From assembly GCA_934183255.1 (NCBI GenBank), contig CAKPSD010000001.1:517728-581727 (forward strand): a stretch of 64,000 nucleotides of DNA, in the 5' to 3' direction. Made by a program: the position numbers and the translations under genes. Numbering within the stretch: the first letter of the stretch is position 1; each line of letters begins with the position of its first letter. The stretch comes from an uncultured Bacilli bacterium (GTDB lineage Bacteria > Bacillota_I > Bacilli_A > RFN20 > DUOF01). Positions 60,632-64,000 of the stretch are shown in pieces. Under the pieces are notes generated by a model. It had not been told where the DNA came from, did no database searches, and saw only the letters and a program-made list of their open reading frames with translations.

Positions 60632-60811
60632 TAAAATTTACTTACTTATCAAAATTATTATATCCATTTTATTATTTTAAATTTGTCTTAATATTAAAAA
60701 AGAATTAACTAAAAGTTCTTTACAATATATAATCTTAATAATATAATAGTAAAAGCAAAAAACAAAAATGTTTTATTTTATTGGATAATATAAAAAGATA
60801 GGAGAGAAAAA

Positions 60812-62593
60812 ATGAAAGATTTGGTTAATAATTCAACCAAAACCTTGGTTTTTGCGCTTGGCGGACTAGGTGAAGTTGGTAAAAATATGTATTGTATTCA
60901 ACATGGAGACTCTATTGTTATAATAGATTCTGGTGTTATGTTTGGTGATGAATATCTACCTGGTGTAGATTATATTCTACCTGATTATTCTTATTTAGTT
61001 GAAAATAGTGAAAAAGTTAAAGCTTTAGTTATTACACATGGTCACGAAGATCATATTGGAGGAATCCCATTCTTATTAAAGAGTATTAATGTTCCTTGTA
61101 TATATGCTCCTAAACTTGCTGCAGCTTTCATTAGAAATAAACTTGAAGAAAATAAAATTGATAGAAAAAGTAAAATAATAGAAATTGATGATAATAGTAA
61201 CTTTAAAGTTGATTGCTTCTTATTCTCTTTCTTTAATACTACTCACTCTATTCCTGATAGTCTTGGTATCATTGTTGATACACCTAATGGTAAAATTGTT
61301 GAAATGGGAGATTTTAAAGTAGATCTTACCCCAGTTGGAAAAGATATGGATTTACTAAAAATAGCAAAACTTGGTGAAGAAAATGTTACTTTATTAATGA
61401 GCGATTCTACAAACATTGAAGTTCCTGGTATTACTCTAAGTGAAAAAGCTGTTATTTCATCAATTCATGATGTATTTAGAAACTCTACAAGTAGAATAAT
61501 AGTTGCTACTTTCTCATCAAATGTTCATAGAATTCAACAAATAGTTGAAGCTGCTGTTTTATTTAAAAGAAAAATTCTTGTTTTGGGTAGATCTATGGAA
61601 AAGAATATTTTACTTAGTAGACAGCTTGGATATATAAAATGTGCTGACAACAACTTTATATCTCCTGAAATAGCTAACACATTAAGACCTGATGAAGTTT
61701 TAATTTTCTGCACTGGTACACAAGGAGAATCAATGGCAGCTTTATCTCGTATTGCAAGTGGCCAACATAAGCATATTAAGTTAATGCCTGGTGATACTGT
61801 TATTTTCTCATCTAGTGCTATTCCTGGAAATACTGCTAATATTAATAAAGTTGTTAATAATTTAAGTCGTGCTGGAGTTACTGTTTTAACAAATTCTGTA
61901 TTATCGAATTTACACGCTTCAGGTCATGCTGCTAGAGAAGAATTAAAACTAATTTTAAAGTTAGTTAAACCTCAATACTTTATGCCTGTTCATGGTGAAT
62001 ATAGAATGCTTAAACTTCATGCCGAATTAGCGCAAGAAATCGGAATGAAAAAAGAGAATACATTTGTTCTTGCTAATGGTGATGTACTTTGTCTTGATAA
62101 AGGTAAGGTTACACTTGCTAATTATAGATTCCAAGCTGATGATATTTATGTTGATGGTCATGATACAAATGGTTTGTCTACTGCTGTTATTAAAGATAGA
62201 AAGTTGTTATCTACAGATGGATTAGTTGCTATTCTTATTAGTATTGATTCTAAGAATAACACTTTATTAACTAAACCTTCTGTTTTATCTAGAGGATTTA
62301 TATATATTAAAGAAAATGGCCAATTAATAACAGAAATAGAAAACTTAGTTAATGAATCATTAGATAATTTATTTAAAAAAGAAAGAACAACTTTCTTAGA
62401 AATTAAAAACACAATAAAAAGCACAGTTTCAACATTCTTATTCCATAAGACTAGAAGAAACCCTATGATAATTCCTGTTATTATGAATAAAGTAGATAAT
62501 AATGATTCTAACAATTATAATTTTGTAAAAAAAGAGACTAAAAATTCAAAAAGAATTAATAACAAAATAGAACAAGGAACTACTGCTGAATAG
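60812..62593 (+). CDS. rnj: ribonuclease J
   Basis: Metallo-beta-lactamase HGHEDHIGG, a beta-CASP domain and a C-terminal domain. 593 aa. Confidence 0.9.
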   Translation: MKDLVNNSTKTLVFALGGLGEVGKNMYCIQHGDSIVIIDSGVMFGDEYLPGVDYILPDYSYLVENSEKVKALVITHGHEDHIGGIPFLLKSINVPCIYAPKLAAAFIRNKLEENKIDRKSKIIEIDDNSNFKVDCFLFSFFNTTHSIPDSLGIIVDTPNGKIVEMGDFKVDLTPVGKDMDLLKIAKLGEENVTLLMSDSTNIEVPGITLSEKAVISSIHDVFRNSTSRIIVATFSSNVHRIQQIVEAAVLFKRKILVLGRSMEKNILLSRQLGYIKCADNNFISPEIANTLRPDEVLIFCTGTQGESMAALSRIASGQHKHIKLMPGDTVIFSSSAIPGNTANINKVVNNLSRAGVTVLTNSVLSNLHASGHAAREELKLILKLVKPQYFMPVHGEYRMLKLHAELAQEIGMKKENTFVLANGDVLCLDKGKVTLANYRFQADDIYVDGHDTNGLSTAVIKDRKLLSTDGLVAILISIDSKNNTLLTKPSVLSRGFIYIKENGQLITEIENLVNESLDNLFKKERTTFLEIKNTIKSTVSTFLFHKTRRNPMIIPVIMNKVDNNDSNNYNFVKKETKNSKRINNKIEQGTTAE

Positions 62594-62597
62594 CTAT

Positions 62598-62636
62598 AAA
62601 AAAGGAGAAAAGATAAATAATTCTTTCTCCTTTTTT
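62598..62636. terminator. bidirectional rho-independent terminator
   Basis: AAAAAGGAGAAAG-loop-CTTTCTCCTTTTT. Confidence 0.7.
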
Positions 62637-62637
62637 A

Positions 62638-64000
62638 TTATTCTTGGTTATTTGATTCTTCATTTGAATCATTTTGTTTGTCATCATTTTCTGATTTGTA
62701 TTTTCTAATAAATGGTCTATATTTTTTCTTTATTTTATTTATGTCATATCCCTTTTTCTCAACTAATTTTCTATTTAATGTTATATTAATAAAATACAAT
62801 CCACCAATCATTCCCAAAACAATTACCAATGTTATCCATCCATTAAGTTTAGGTTGCTTTATTTTCTTTTCTGTATAAAAAGAATTACCTTTTAAATGAA
62901 TAACGTCTCCATCTCTATTGGAATTATTATAATTATACACTCCTTGTGTACCTTTTTCGTATTTTTCATCTATGTCATAATCATTATTTGAAAAATTAAA
63001 TAATACAGTAACTTTTTCAACATATTTTGTATAAGCATTAGGATATTTTCTAACATACCCAATTAGCCCTACTTTGTCTTCTTCTGTATAAAAGTTAACA
63101 TTTTTTGCACTAGTAGCTGAGTCTGTTTGAGCTAATAAATTATCCCCTCTTTTAAAGTTTATATAAGACTTTAACGTATTAATAATATTTTGATTAGTTT
63201 TTGCATAGCTCCAATCTATAATTTTTTTATCTTCTTCTGTATAAAAGCAAAAAGAATTAGAGCTACCACTACATACTGATGAACTTTGAGCTGTAGAATC
63301 TAAATATGAAGATAAAAATTCCTCTCCAGAATAAATATAAGGAGTACCTCCGCTCATCATTAAAACACTAAATGATAAAATTAGTTTTTCTTGAATTATT
63401 GCGTTACTAGTGAAATTTTTAATAAATAATTTATCATATACTGATAAGCCATTTCTATTTCCTAAATAATTAATTATTTGATATGAATCATTATTTTTCC
63501 AATAATTTTTATAGTTTACTCCTAAAACCTTACTATAATCCATTTCACCATTATCAACTGTACTTAATAAAGTGAACTTTAATGTCTCAATTATATTATC
63601 ACTAAAATTACCATCTAATATCCCTGTATTATTGTTATCAAACAAATTTCCAAATAGTGCATATGTTAAACTACCATTAAGCATATTGATATTATTTAAT
63701 TTATCAAGATTATTTTGTCCTGCTGTATTATCGTTTATAGTATTATATTTTCCTTCTCCATATATATAAATATTATCATTTATTTTTGTTAATTCTTCAC
63801 TAATTTTATTTGCAAACTCAACACTATAATCAGCCATATTTTCTATCATAATGCCTGATAACATATATTCTTTTGTATAATATTTTAATAGACCAATAAT
63901 ATAGTTTTGAGTCATTTGTTTATTTATATCAAGATTGCCATCTTCTGTCAAATAACTACTTGAATCTATTTTTGAAATATTATTAGTGAATAATCCATTT
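62638..64000 (-). CDS. pullulanase-like GH13 C-terminal region with C-terminal TM anchor; partial, N-terminus beyond the window end
   Basis: IYIYGEGK resembles pullulanase region III (YGEGW). GTPYIYSGEEF resembles GTPF…GEEF. The frame stays open past 64000. A C-terminal TM helix is followed by a KR-rich tail. Confidence 0.4.
   Translation of the reverse strand, partial: NGLFTNNISKIDSSSYLTEDGNLDINKQMTQNYIIGLLKYYTKEYMLSGIMIENMADYSVEFANKISEELTKINDNIYIYGEGKYNTINDNTAGQNNLDKLNNINMLNGSLTYALFGNLFDNNNTGILDGNFSDNIIETLKFTLLSTVDNGEMDYSKVLGVNYKNYWKNNDSYQIINYLGNRNGLSVYDKLFIKNFTSNAIIQEKLILSFSVLMMSGGTPYIYSGEEFLSSYLDSTAQSSSVCSGSSNSFCFYTEEDKKIIDWSYAKTNQNIINTLKSYINFKRGDNLLAQTDSATSAKNVNFYTEEDKVGLIGYVRKYPNAYTKYVEKVTVLFNFSNNDYDIDEKYEKGTQGVYNYNNSNRDGDVIHLKGNSFYTEKKIKQPKLNGWITLVIVLGMIGGLYFINITLNRKLVEKKGYDINKIKKKYRPFIRKYKSENDDKQNDSNEESNNQE

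Overview
This 64 kb window is very AT-rich and gene-dense, and looks like the chromosome of a low-GC Gram-positive anaerobe. Clostridia is the most likely class, based on pyruvate:ferredoxin oxidoreductase, [FeFe]-hydrogenase homologues, formate-THF ligase and an archaeal-type ProRS. Most genes are on the minus strand.

The housekeeping backbone includes:
- mutS-mutL-miaA-tcdA-(hypothetical)-fhs-DUF951;
- proS, lysS, ppa, PFOR, alr, deoD, mgtE, ddl/murF, rimO and rnj.

It also carries 14 tRNA genes in four loci: Lys, Gly/Glu/Ser, Thr, and a nine-gene array Cys-Pro-Ala-Met-Ile2-Ser-fMet-Asp-Phe. The array has a near-consensus promoter and terminator. Several rho-independent terminators are visible.

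The most unusual content is a four-gene operon at 29080-33639 that looks like a hydrogen-sensing signalling module:
- a thioredoxin-like [2Fe-2S] ferredoxin;
- a PAS-containing HydS-type [FeFe]-hydrogenase homologue;
- a PP2C phosphatase with an unassigned C-terminal domain;
- a second H-cluster protein with mixed sensory/catalytic motifs.
An upstream palindrome, TGTGTCA-N13-TGACACA, may be its operator.

Other notable loci:
- an orphan consensus promoter driving a ~60-nt twin-hairpin RNA next to tRNA-Lys;
- a DUF1538 membrane protein with two P-II-like genes;
- a MurF homologue whose N-terminus is replaced by a five-helix membrane domain, translationally coupled to an alpha/beta hydrolase and followed by ddl;
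- an HTH-XRE/P-loop kinase/CYTH fusion next to a NERD-deoD-RDD-mgtE block;
- a solo extended MazF/PemK-like gene between rimO and tRNA-Thr;
- a KE-rich DUF2188 protein.

The coding sequences at both edges of the window are partial. I saw no CRISPR array, rRNA or clear prophage.
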